From Acidimicrobiia bacterium UBA2766 (lineage in GTDB: Bacteria > Actinomycetota > Acidimicrobiia > UBA2766), in NCBI GenBank assembly GCA_002352645.1, contig DEIU01000102.1, forward strand, positions 22,761-86,760: a DNA stretch of 64,000 nucleotides, read 5' to 3'. This document shows, piece after piece, positions 1 to 8,198 of this stretch. Position numbers and translations under genes: made by a program. The stretch's first letter is position 1; each line of letters opens with the position of its first letter. Below the pieces are notes generated by a model. That model saw nothing but the letters and a program-made list of their open reading frames with translations. It was not told the DNA's origin and did not search any database.

Positions 1-1126
1 GAGGTACCGCGAGAAAGTCCGAGCTTGGCTCGCTGACCATCCCTCGCCGTCGGCGCGGGAACTTGCGGAAGCAGGGTATGTTGCACCCCATTGGCCGCGG
101 CCATATGGTTTGGATGCTTCCCCTGTGGAGCAGCTTGTGATTGACGAGGAATTTCGGGCCGCGCGGGTGGACCGTCCCCAGAACGGTATCGCGATTGGCT
201 GGGCTGGTCCTACCATCATTTATGCCGGTGACCAGGCACAAATGGACCGTTATCTTCTTCCTTTGCTGTCCGCTGAAGAGATCTGGTGCCAGCTTTTCAG
301 TGAGCCGGGAGCGGGATCTGACCTGGCTGGTTTGAGTACCAGGGCAGAACGCGATGGCGACGAATTTATTGTGAACGGCCAGAAGATCTGGACCTCTGGA
401 GGGCATCTCTCCAAGTATGGGATTCTGTTGGCGCGCACGAATCCTGATGTGCCGAAACACGAGGGTATTACCTATTTTATTTGCCCGATGGACACACCTG
501 GCATCGAAGTGCGTCCCATCATTGAGATGACAGGTCAACATCTTTTCAATGAGGTGTTTTTCGATGATGTGCGGATTCCTGCGGAGAATGTTGTAGGAGA
601 AGTCAATAAGGGTTGGCACCTTGCGAAAGTGACTTTGGGAAATGAACGTGTTTCGCTTTCCCGAGAAGGTGCATTGTGGGGGATGGGGCCGACCGCCCGC
701 GATCTTGTCAACCAGGTGATTGCGGCCGGTGGAACGCAAGATCCTGTGGAACGTCAGAGACTTGTCCGACTCTACATTGAGTCGGAACTGCTTCGCCTTA
801 TTCGACTGCGCACAATTTCTGCGGCTGTTGCCGGGAAGCTCCCTGGGCCTGAGGCGTCAATTCGCAAGGCTCTTTCGGACGAGCATGGCAAAGCTGTGAT
901 GGGCCTGGCGAAATATTTCGCGGGCAGCGCCGGTATGTTGACCGACGAAAATGACTTCAATACTTTTTGGCATCATGGTTTCTTGTTTTCCACGGCGCTC
1001 ACGGTTGGGGGCGGAACCTCCGAAGTGCAGCGCAATATCATCGGTGAACGCGTCCTGGGGCTTCCGAAAGACATCGACGCTGAGATGGGCAAGACCTGGG
1101 CAGAGGCCCGTGTGGCAATTGGATAG
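1..1126 (+). CDS. acyl-CoA dehydrogenase (5' end outside window)
   Basis: Frame 2 reads without a stop from base 2 (RYREKVRAWLADHPSPSARELAEAGYVAPHWP...), so the start lies upstream of the window. ACAD fold motifs present (FSEPGAGSDLAGL, NGQKIWTSGG, C-terminal helical domain). Stop TAG at 1124-1126. Confidence 0.85.
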   Translation, partial: RYREKVRAWLADHPSPSARELAEAGYVAPHWPRPYGLDASPVEQLVIDEEFRAARVDRPQNGIAIGWAGPTIIYAGDQAQMDRYLLPLLSAEEIWCQLFSEPGAGSDLAGLSTRAERDGDEFIVNGQKIWTSGGHLSKYGILLARTNPDVPKHEGITYFICPMDTPGIEVRPIIEMTGQHLFNEVFFDDVRIPAENVVGEVNKGWHLAKVTLGNERVSLSREGALWGMGPTARDLVNQVIAAGGTQDPVERQRLVRLYIESELLRLIRLRTISAAVAGKLPGPEASIRKALSDEHGKAVMGLAKYFAGSAGMLTDENDFNTFWHHGFLFSTALTVGGGTSEVQRNIIGERVLGLPKDIDAEMGKTWAEARVAIG

Positions 1127-1164
1127 CCCTCATGAAATAGCCTTCATGAGATAGCCCTCATGAA
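1123..1164. repeat. 3 x 14-bp perfect tandem repeat (ATAGCCYTCATGAR) straddling the ACAD stop codon; each unit carries a TCATGA core
   Basis: Read directly: atagccctcatgaa / atagccttcatgag / atagccctcatgaa. Confidence 0.8.
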
Positions 1165-1377
1165 GCTGGGGAGTATGTGAGATTTCTTCGAGCGGTCAGT
1201 CTGGGAGAGAGGTGACAGGTCGTCATGCCTGCCTGATTCCGGGAAGGTGTACCCCCTGTCGCCATATTTCCCCTGTGTGGCTTTTCCAAGTATTTCACGG
1301 GAGTTCCTCCTCACTTTTTTCTCGCCACTGCTGGGGAGAAAAAAGTAGGAAACGCGCACGAGAACGGAGAGGATGCC

Positions 1378-1454
1378 CTAGGGTCGTTACAGGGTCGCGA
1401 TAGGGTCACTGCAAGGTCGTTGAGGGTCGCTTGAAGTGGCGTAAGGTCGCTATG
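1378..1454. promoter_or_regulatory. array of six phased direct heptamer repeats (WAGGGTCR / AAGGTCG) at about 10-11-bp spacing, ending 40 bp before the CDS start at 1496
   Basis: Copies at about 1380, 1391, 1402, 1413, 1423 and 1443. Helical-phase spacing is typical of iterated sites for a winged-helix or OmpR-type regulator. Confidence 0.45.
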
Positions 1455-1495
1455 TTGGTTGCGTATTCTCCGTCGCGTTTTCTCTGGATTGGCTT

Positions 1496-2335
1496 ATGAT
1501 CTCTCGTCTACATCATGTCGCTACTGTTTGTTCGACTATCGAGGCTGGGGTCGCGGTGTGGCGTGACTGGTTTGGCCTTCGCGTAGGAGTGGAAGCAACT
1601 GTTCCTTCTCAAGGGGTGCGTGCAGTCTTGCTTCCTTGCGGGGATGGGGAAATCGAACTGCTTGAACCTTTAGATGCTGAAGGTGCGATTGCCCGTTTTG
1701 GAAAGCGGGGTGGTGTCCATCATGTGTGTTTCGAGTCTTCTGATGTGGCGGCTGAACTGGTTGCTTTGCAAGAAGCTGGAGTTCGTCTCATTGACAAGGT
1801 CCCGCGTCCTGGTCTGGCGGGGAGTATTGGTTTTGTGCACCCCAAATCGGTGGGGGGTACTTTGTTGGAACTGGCGACTCCAGGCGGTGGAGTCGCGTCG
1901 AGTCCCTATGCCGATCCTCAGGCAAAAGATCCTTTTCTCCAGGTGATTGGTTACCGTCATCTCAGCTGGATCACAACAGATATCACAAAGACGATTGGCC
2001 AGTTTGCTGATCTTTTTGGTCTTGAAGAAGTAGGTCCTTCTTATGAGGTGCCAGAGTTGGGCACTGTAGCACGTGGTGTGCGTATGGCGAACGCAGAGAT
2101 CGAGCTTGTGACCCCATCGGGGGAAGGATGGGCTGCGGATCGTCTGGCGGCGCGTGGGGAGGGTGCGTGTGCTCTTGCCCTTGAAGTCGCTGATTTTGCA
2201 GATGGCATAGAGCGTTTACAGGCTGCCGGGGTGCAGGCGACAAGCTGTGCAGGAGCCGGCGGTGAGACGGTCTGGATGCTTGATCCCACTGCGGTGCAGG
2301 GAGTGCAGATTTCTTTGAGGGAAACCTCTCGCTGA
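1496..2335 (+). CDS. tandem-VOC protein; N-terminal domain resembles methylmalonyl-CoA epimerase
   Basis: Two glyoxalase/VOC modules. The first has MCE-like GGVHHVCFES ... GFVHPKSVGGTLLELATP. ATG start. Confidence 0.65.
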   Translation: MISRLHHVATVCSTIEAGVAVWRDWFGLRVGVEATVPSQGVRAVLLPCGDGEIELLEPLDAEGAIARFGKRGGVHHVCFESSDVAAELVALQEAGVRLIDKVPRPGLAGSIGFVHPKSVGGTLLELATPGGGVASSPYADPQAKDPFLQVIGYRHLSWITTDITKTIGQFADLFGLEEVGPSYEVPELGTVARGVRMANAEIELVTPSGEGWAADRLAARGEGACALALEVADFADGIERLQAAGVQATSCAGAGGETVWMLDPTAVQGVQISLRETSR

Positions 2336-2356
2336 TCTGTGTGCACAGTGCGCAGC

Positions 2357-3595
2357 TCAGCTTGGGGGGTTCGTGGGCGCGGGTGCGGGCGGAGGCTGAG
2401 GAGTCACGCCAGGAGCAGCGGCTTCTGGTCCATGTGGGTTGTCTGCCGCGATAGGCCAGCGTTTGCGGGATTTTTTCGCGAGTTTGCGCATGAGTGCGAC
2501 TGCCCCGGGATCTTCGTCTACCGCGTCCCAGACGCGAATCCAGCCTTCTTCCTGCATCTCCTTCAGGATGCCGGCTGCGGTGTCTGTGCGCACAATGGTG
2601 AGCGTGCGCCCATTGTATTTTCCGATTCCTCCCATGGAAATGTCGGCATGCTCGGCAGAGAAATCAGGGCAGGTTTTACAGCCTTCCCGCGTAAAAGGGT
2701 GACATTCTTTCAGAGGGATTTCTAGATAATCGCCGTCTTTGACGTCTTTTTCCAGCCAGAGTTGCAGCTTTCCCTTGATGTTGACTTTGCGGATCTCTGT
2801 GCGTTTCACGCCATATTCCGCTTCGATCAGGTTCTCGTAGATGTCGTCAGTAAACGTTTTGGAGCAGAGCAAGCCGATATTGAGGACGAACTTTTTTCCT
2901 GGTTTGCGGGCACCGCGCCGCATCATGGCGGGAGGAACTGAAGACTGACAACTCATTCCGACGAGTGCAAGCTTTTCGGCACCTGTGTCAATGGCTTCTT
3001 GATAGGCCAGGGTGTTGGCTGAATATGTGTAGCGAGAACCTGCTGCCCGTAGGACGTCTTCTTTGTTCCACGCCACGCCGGGAGTGGCCTTCCATTCTTT
3101 GTCGTAGTAATTCACGAGGGCCGCGTCGATATATTTTTTTTCCAGGCAAAAGATCAGCATGGCAGAGGCGAGTCCGCCGTCCTGGCCGAGCCTTGCGATT
3201 GTCTCGTTTGTGGCTTCTACCAAGAGGATGGATTGGTAGATGCCGATAAGTTCAGTGTCGGTGGTGCGCTCGCGTGGACGACCGAAAAGGTGTGTGTCGA
3301 TTTCTGGTTCCCAGTCACGGAAGCGAGGGCAAGCCCGGGTGCACATTGTGCAAGCTTTCTCGCCGTGCACACAGTGTGAGTCGTCACCTTCGACATGGGC
3401 CTTTCCCATGAGAACGGGGTGCCATTTGTCATCATATTGCAGGACATCGTGGGGACACGCGACGATACAGCCAGAACACCCGGTGCAGATATTGGTGGTC
3501 ACTATTTCGGAGAAGAGATGATTCCAGTGGAATCGCCAGCGGGGTTTTTTCGGCGCGGTCGCTGCTGTTGTCTTTGTATTCGTCGTGTCCGTCAT
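2357..3595 (-). CDS. FrhB/FdhB-family iron-sulfur flavoprotein (coenzyme F420 hydrogenase/dehydrogenase beta-subunit-like)
   Basis: N-terminal 2x[4Fe-4S] CxxCxxCxxxCP motifs (CTGCSGCIVACP, CTMCTRACP) followed by FrhB_FdhB N and C regions. The ATG at 3595 is preferred over the TTG at 3604. Pro/Ala-rich C-terminal tail. Confidence 0.65.
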   Translation of the reverse strand: MTDTTNTKTTAATAPKKPRWRFHWNHLFSEIVTTNICTGCSGCIVACPHDVLQYDDKWHPVLMGKAHVEGDDSHCVHGEKACTMCTRACPRFRDWEPEIDTHLFGRPRERTTDTELIGIYQSILLVEATNETIARLGQDGGLASAMLIFCLEKKYIDAALVNYYDKEWKATPGVAWNKEDVLRAAGSRYTYSANTLAYQEAIDTGAEKLALVGMSCQSSVPPAMMRRGARKPGKKFVLNIGLLCSKTFTDDIYENLIEAEYGVKRTEIRKVNIKGKLQLWLEKDVKDGDYLEIPLKECHPFTREGCKTCPDFSAEHADISMGGIGKYNGRTLTIVRTDTAAGILKEMQEEGWIRVWDAVDEDPGAVALMRKLAKKSRKRWPIAADNPHGPEAAAPGVTPQPPPAPAPTNPPS

Positions 3596-3878
3596 GGTGG
3601 GCAACTGCTCTCGTAGTTGATAACAGAGTGGTGGTCGGGGAAACGGTCCAGGACTGTCTGCGATAGCGCTCCACCGAGAGGGGTTGCGGCAATGTTACTT
3701 GTTGCACACAGTGGATTCCTTCTACGAATGGGGGCGTGTGGTGCAGTGGGTGACCCCGATATGGTGAGGTAGGTCTTGGTCTGGGTGCGGGGATGACGTG
3801 AAACTCTTGCATGAGAGAGAGAATGGCGCTCGTTTTCGCAGTGGTCATGTGCCGGGATTTTCTGGAAAAAACCCCGGG

Positions 3879-5504
3879 TTAGGCACTTGTGCTGGTTGTA
3901 TTGCCGGCTTTTGTGAGACGGTGGAGCTGCCATGCGCTCAGGGTTGCGAGCAGTGCGATGCTCCCTGCTATGAGAAAGGCGAACGTATAGGCTTCGGGGT
4001 TTGGGTTGACTCCCGCGGCTTGTTCTGCTTCGGTCGGAGCACCATTTCCGATTTGCACGATAGTCAGCATGATCGCGATGCCCGCAGTGTTTGCGACAGT
4101 TTGCACAATGGCGAGAACACTTGAGACTGCGCCGAGGTCTTGGTCATTTGCCCGTTGTGTCACGATCGTGGCAGCACCTGTGCTCAATAGGCCTAATCCT
4201 GCGCCTTTGAAGATAAGCGCGCAAGTGAGTAGGGGCGCGAGAAGAGAAGCGGAGACAAGAGAGGCTTTCCCGGGCGAAGCGGAGGGGATATCGAGAAAAC
4301 CCAGCCAGGTAATTCCTATGGTGATGGTGATGCCTCCGACTGCGCAGAGCAGTGAAGGAGATCGTCCGCGATTGATGAGTGCACCTGCGATAGGGCCGAA
4401 TATCGCCATCGCAGCAGGTCGGGCGATAAGGGCAAAAGCTGCTGTTCCTGTTTCCCACTCGTGCACATTGATGAGAAGGAGCGGGAGCACGATGAAACTC
4501 CCAAGGTAAGGGAGATTCGCGATGCCACGTACGGCACAAGCCCAGGTCACGAGGCGATCCTCGGTGAGTAACTTGATGGGAAGCACGGGATTTGCGGAAT
4601 TTTTTTCTTCCCAGATAAAAAGAGGACCGCAAATGAGTGCGAGCGCAAGTGTCGCGATTGTGGCTGGGGCTGTTATTCCCCATGCTGGTCCCTGCAAAAT
4701 CGCGAGCAGTCCTCCGACCAGCATTCCAGCGCCGAGCATCGCGCCTACCAAGTTGAATTTCTCTGTTGTTTCGACCTTTTGCTCGGTGAATATCAGGGTG
4801 GCGAGTGCCAGAGCCAGCAGGGAAAACGGGATTTGGGCCCAGAAGATCGCGCGCCAGGAAGTATCCGCCAGGGCGCCTCCAAGCACAAGTCCAACTCCAG
4901 GAGAGAAGGCGAGAATTGACTGAAAGAGCCCGACGGGGCCGCCGCGTTTTTCTGGTGGGTAGGCGGCTGTCGCAATTGCCATACCCGAAGGTATCGTGAT
5001 GGCTGTTCCTGCTCCGGTCAAGATACGGGAAAAGATAAGGGCAGGGAGACTGGGGGCAAGTGCACAACCGACCATCCCGATAATGCCGATACCCATTCCG
5101 AGCATCCAGACTCGTTTCCGTCCATACGTGTCAGCAGCACGGCCTACTCCGGGAGTAAGCAGAGCAGAAACAATCATTGGAGCCAGGGTGACCCAAGCCG
5201 CGCTCGTGACTTCGGTCCCGAATTCGTCGGCAATGTTGTCGGTGACTGCGGTCAGGATAGTGAGGGAGAGGTTTGTCGAGAAGGTGGCGAGGAGGACAAC
5301 GGTGAGGGTGAGCCCCTGTTGTCCCTGTTTTTGTCGGAAAAAGCCGGAGAAACGAGAGAAAGCGGAGAAACCTGGATTATGGCTAGTGTTTTGGTGGTTT
5401 GTGTTGGAAAGATGATTGTCGGGGTATTTGAATCTGGCTTGTTGTGGAGTGATATTATTTTGCTTGTGTAGTGCGAGAGAGGAAAGAGTGGGACGCAAGC
5501 GCAA
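3879..5504 (-). CDS. MFS transporter, 14-TMS DHA2-like drug:H+ antiporter
   Basis: About 14 hydrophobic helices and an MFS signature loop (GRAADTYGRKRV). The annotated start is a TTG with a 60-aa non-membrane leader, so the true start may lie downstream. Confidence 0.8.
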   Translation of the reverse strand: MRLRPTLSSLALHKQNNITPQQARFKYPDNHLSNTNHQNTSHNPGFSAFSRFSGFFRQKQGQQGLTLTVVLLATFSTNLSLTILTAVTDNIADEFGTEVTSAAWVTLAPMIVSALLTPGVGRAADTYGRKRVWMLGMGIGIIGMVGCALAPSLPALIFSRILTGAGTAITIPSGMAIATAAYPPEKRGGPVGLFQSILAFSPGVGLVLGGALADTSWRAIFWAQIPFSLLALALATLIFTEQKVETTEKFNLVGAMLGAGMLVGGLLAILQGPAWGITAPATIATLALALICGPLFIWEEKNSANPVLPIKLLTEDRLVTWACAVRGIANLPYLGSFIVLPLLLINVHEWETGTAAFALIARPAAMAIFGPIAGALINRGRSPSLLCAVGGITITIGITWLGFLDIPSASPGKASLVSASLLAPLLTCALIFKGAGLGLLSTGAATIVTQRANDQDLGAVSSVLAIVQTVANTAGIAIMLTIVQIGNGAPTEAEQAAGVNPNPEAYTFAFLIAGSIALLATLSAWQLHRLTKAGNTTSTSA

Positions 5505-5629
5505 ATTATGATCCTAGAGAATGGGTGTAGAGGGGAAGTGAAGAAGCTGTCTTTCGGGAAAAGGTCAGCATTTCACTCAGGGAAGTAGATTCTCTTTCGT
5601 TTGTTTTCCGTATCTGTGTCTATGTCTGA

Positions 5630-6694
5630 TTATGTATCACGGTAGGCTATTTTTTGCGCGAGGGTTGCGAGCGCATCGACAACATGATCTGGGATAGTTT
5701 CTCTGGCCGATTCGATCACATTGTTGGCTTCTTCTGCAAGAGTGTCGATGCGGTTTTCGACATCATTCACTGCCCCGCTCGTGAGGAAAATGTCTCGCAT
5801 GTCATTCATGTCTTTTTCCGTGATGTCGGGGTTTCCGAGTAGGGAGTCGACAAGTTTCCATTGGGCTGGGGTTCCTAGTTCGCGCAGGCGTGCGACGAGA
5901 TAAGTCTGTTTTCCTTCCCGGAAATCGATGCCAACCGGTTTTCCTGTTCGTTTTTCGTCCCCAAAAGCACCAAGAAGATCGTCGCGTAGTTGGAATGCAA
6001 TGCCGAGCGGAATGCCGAAGGCGGATAGGGTGGATTCCAGGGATATGGGGCTATTCGCCAACGCTGCCCCGATTAAAAGCGGACGTTCGACTGTGTATTT
6101 TGCTGTCTTTAATTTTGCGATTTCCAGGGCTGTATTTGAGTTTGCAAGATGTCTGTAACCTTCAACGAGATCGAGATACTGGCCAATCACCACTTCAAGC
6201 CGCATTTCCGTGAAATGGGTAAAACTACGATGCCAGCCATCACCGTCGCGAGCGGCGTGTTCCATGAGCCGATCGGCTAAGACCAAGGTAAGGTCTCCAG
6301 CCATCATTGCGGCAGATGTGCCGAAGTGCGTGGAATTTCCTTTCCAATGGTTTTTCTCGTGGGCATCTGCAAAAGCAAGGTGAGGAGTACGTCTCCCTCG
6401 TCGAGTAGTCGACCCATCCATAATGTCATCGTGTACGAGAGCGCAGAGATGCACGAGTTCTAATGCTGTTCCAACTTCGAGAATAATGTCGGTTTCTGAG
6501 CCTGATGCTGCTGTGTATCCCCAGAACATAAAAATGGGGCGAATCCGTTTTCCACCAGCTTTGATAAGCCCGCGTAGCTCTTCAAAGATCAGAGCAAAGG
6601 CAGGGTCGGGGGGAGTTTGCTTTTCGAGTTGATCGAGTGCGTTTAAAACGTTTTGACTAACGGCGTTTGCGAACTCGGGGTGCAGGGGATCCAT
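5630..6694 (-). CDS. polyprenyl diphosphate synthase (GGPP/FPP synthase family)
   Basis: Two aspartate-rich motifs (LVHDDIMD and FQLRDDLLG). Start re-placed at the ATG at 6694 (MDPLHPEF...) with a GGAG upstream. The ORF track extends it to 6814. Confidence 0.85.
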   Translation of the reverse strand: MDPLHPEFANAVSQNVLNALDQLEKQTPPDPAFALIFEELRGLIKAGGKRIRPIFMFWGYTAASGSETDIILEVGTALELVHLCALVHDDIMDGSTTRRGRRTPHLAFADAHEKNHWKGNSTHFGTSAAMMAGDLTLVLADRLMEHAARDGDGWHRSFTHFTEMRLEVVIGQYLDLVEGYRHLANSNTALEIAKLKTAKYTVERPLLIGAALANSPISLESTLSAFGIPLGIAFQLRDDLLGAFGDEKRTGKPVGIDFREGKQTYLVARLRELGTPAQWKLVDSLLGNPDITEKDMNDMRDIFLTSGAVNDVENRIDTLAEEANNVIESARETIPDHVVDALATLAQKIAYRDT

Positions 6695-7432
6695 TTGAAT
6701 GGACGCTCCATGTGTGAGAAGGGAAAATTGCCGCGGGAAAGACTTTGTCCTGATCTTTACTGTCGGGGTGGTTGTTGGGATGTCCGACCGCCTTGCTCTT
6801 ACGAGCGTACTCACCTCTGGGTCTGTGTACCGATTTTTTGTTCTTGGCGACGAATAGATTAGTACGGTTTAGTTTTTAAAGTTGCTTTTCGTGGAGACTT
6901 GTGAAGAGACTGAGAAAAGCTTGGAAGAAGGTTGTTGGGAAGTTGAGGGAAGGTCATCGAGAGCTTGTTGGGGCATTGTGCTCTGTTCCTTTCCTGCATT
7001 CTTTCAGAATGACGGGAGATACTGAGGAAGGCATGCCTTGGTGAAGATACTCACAAGGGTTATGGCGACGAATTGGGAAATGGTCAGGAAGGAAGAGGAA
7101 CATACGCAGTGAGAAGCAGTGAATGCAGACAAGACTGAGTACTATTTGTTTTGATCAGAATAGCTCTCAAGATAATCCGTACTCGATGTCGACTTTGTTT
7201 AGACTTTCTCCAAAGCTATTTTGTAGAAGCGTTAAATGCGGAGATTAGATATCGTGAGGTGTTAGAGTAGGCAGCGGAGCGGGCCAGCTGATGTTGATTT
7301 TCTGTTGCGATCATTTCGCGGTCATGTCGCCAGGACGCGCCGTAAGAACAAGGTTTCTCTCACGGCGTCAACAGCATTTGGGTCCCGACAATTGAGAGGC
7401 AATACTCTACTTGTTGTCATAGAGGACGTTTT

Positions 7433-7867
7433 ATGGATTCTGTGAAGAAAAAACGCAGGATGAGCGAGGACCACAAGGCGGCAATTGCCGCGGGACGTGC
7501 TGAAGGCGCGGTTGTGCGACGGTATCTTGAGACTTTGGAAGCTCGGAAACAACCGGGTCGGAGAGTGTCGAGAGACCAATTGCAGCGCCGTCTTAAAGAG
7601 ACGATTGAAACTATTGAAGATGAAGGGAATCCGCTTGCAAAACTTGAGCTGATTCAACAGCGGATTGATCTTGAGAATCGTCTTGAGGCAGCGGAAGCAG
7701 AGGACAGTAACGAGCGGGCAGAAGAAGAGTTCGTGGAAGTTGCGAAGAGCTTTGCGGAGCGTAAAGGTATTACATATACGGCTTTTCGGGCAATGGGAGT
7801 GCCGGCTGCAGTAATGAAGGCCGCAGGTATTCCTCAGGAGCGGAACAGGAATGTTCCTGTTGGTTGA
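7433..7867 (+). CDS. hypothetical charged helical protein, possibly DNA-associated
   Basis: 144-aa ORF with good coding look (K/R/E-rich, coiled-coil-like). No recognisable motif. A terminator-like hairpin lies downstream. Confidence 0.45.
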   Translation: MDSVKKKRRMSEDHKAAIAAGRAEGAVVRRYLETLEARKQPGRRVSRDQLQRRLKETIETIEDEGNPLAKLELIQQRIDLENRLEAAEAEDSNERAEEEFVEVAKSFAERKGITYTAFRAMGVPAAVMKAAGIPQERNRNVPVG

Positions 7868-8032
7868 GGTTGTGTAGAGAACACTGATTAATATCCTGGT
7901 TACTGTGTGTTTCTCCCCTTTTTTCGTTCGATGTCTGATGATCCGTGCGCTATGAGCGAGAGAACAGACGCGGTGTGATTGAATTGTCTTTTTCCCGCGT
8001 GGTTCCTAGGTGATTTCCTTTGGCTAAGGTCA

Positions 8033-8093
8033 GTACCGACCGTATTTATGTCTGTTTTTCCTTTTTTGCACTCAGTGCGGTCGGTACTTTTTT
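8033..8093 (+). terminator. hairpin (GTACCGACCG ... CGGTCGGTAC, long loop) followed by TTTTTT
   Basis: A 10-bp perfect stem plus T6, sitting between convergent genes 7433..7867(+) and 8199..13928(-). Confidence 0.4.
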
Positions 8094-8198
8094 GCGAGCA
8101 CGTGTCTTTTGACTTTCCAGCAACCTATATTGCTGTATTTTCTATCCGAGATTCTCTTTGAGGGAATCTCGTGACATACTGTCTCTCGCTGTGTTTTT

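Noticed and set aside
4144-5067. 307-aa ORF on the minus strand, Arg/His/Cys-rich
   Set aside because: Lies antisense and out of frame inside the MFS transporter gene. The low-complexity composition is typical of GC-rich antisense frames.
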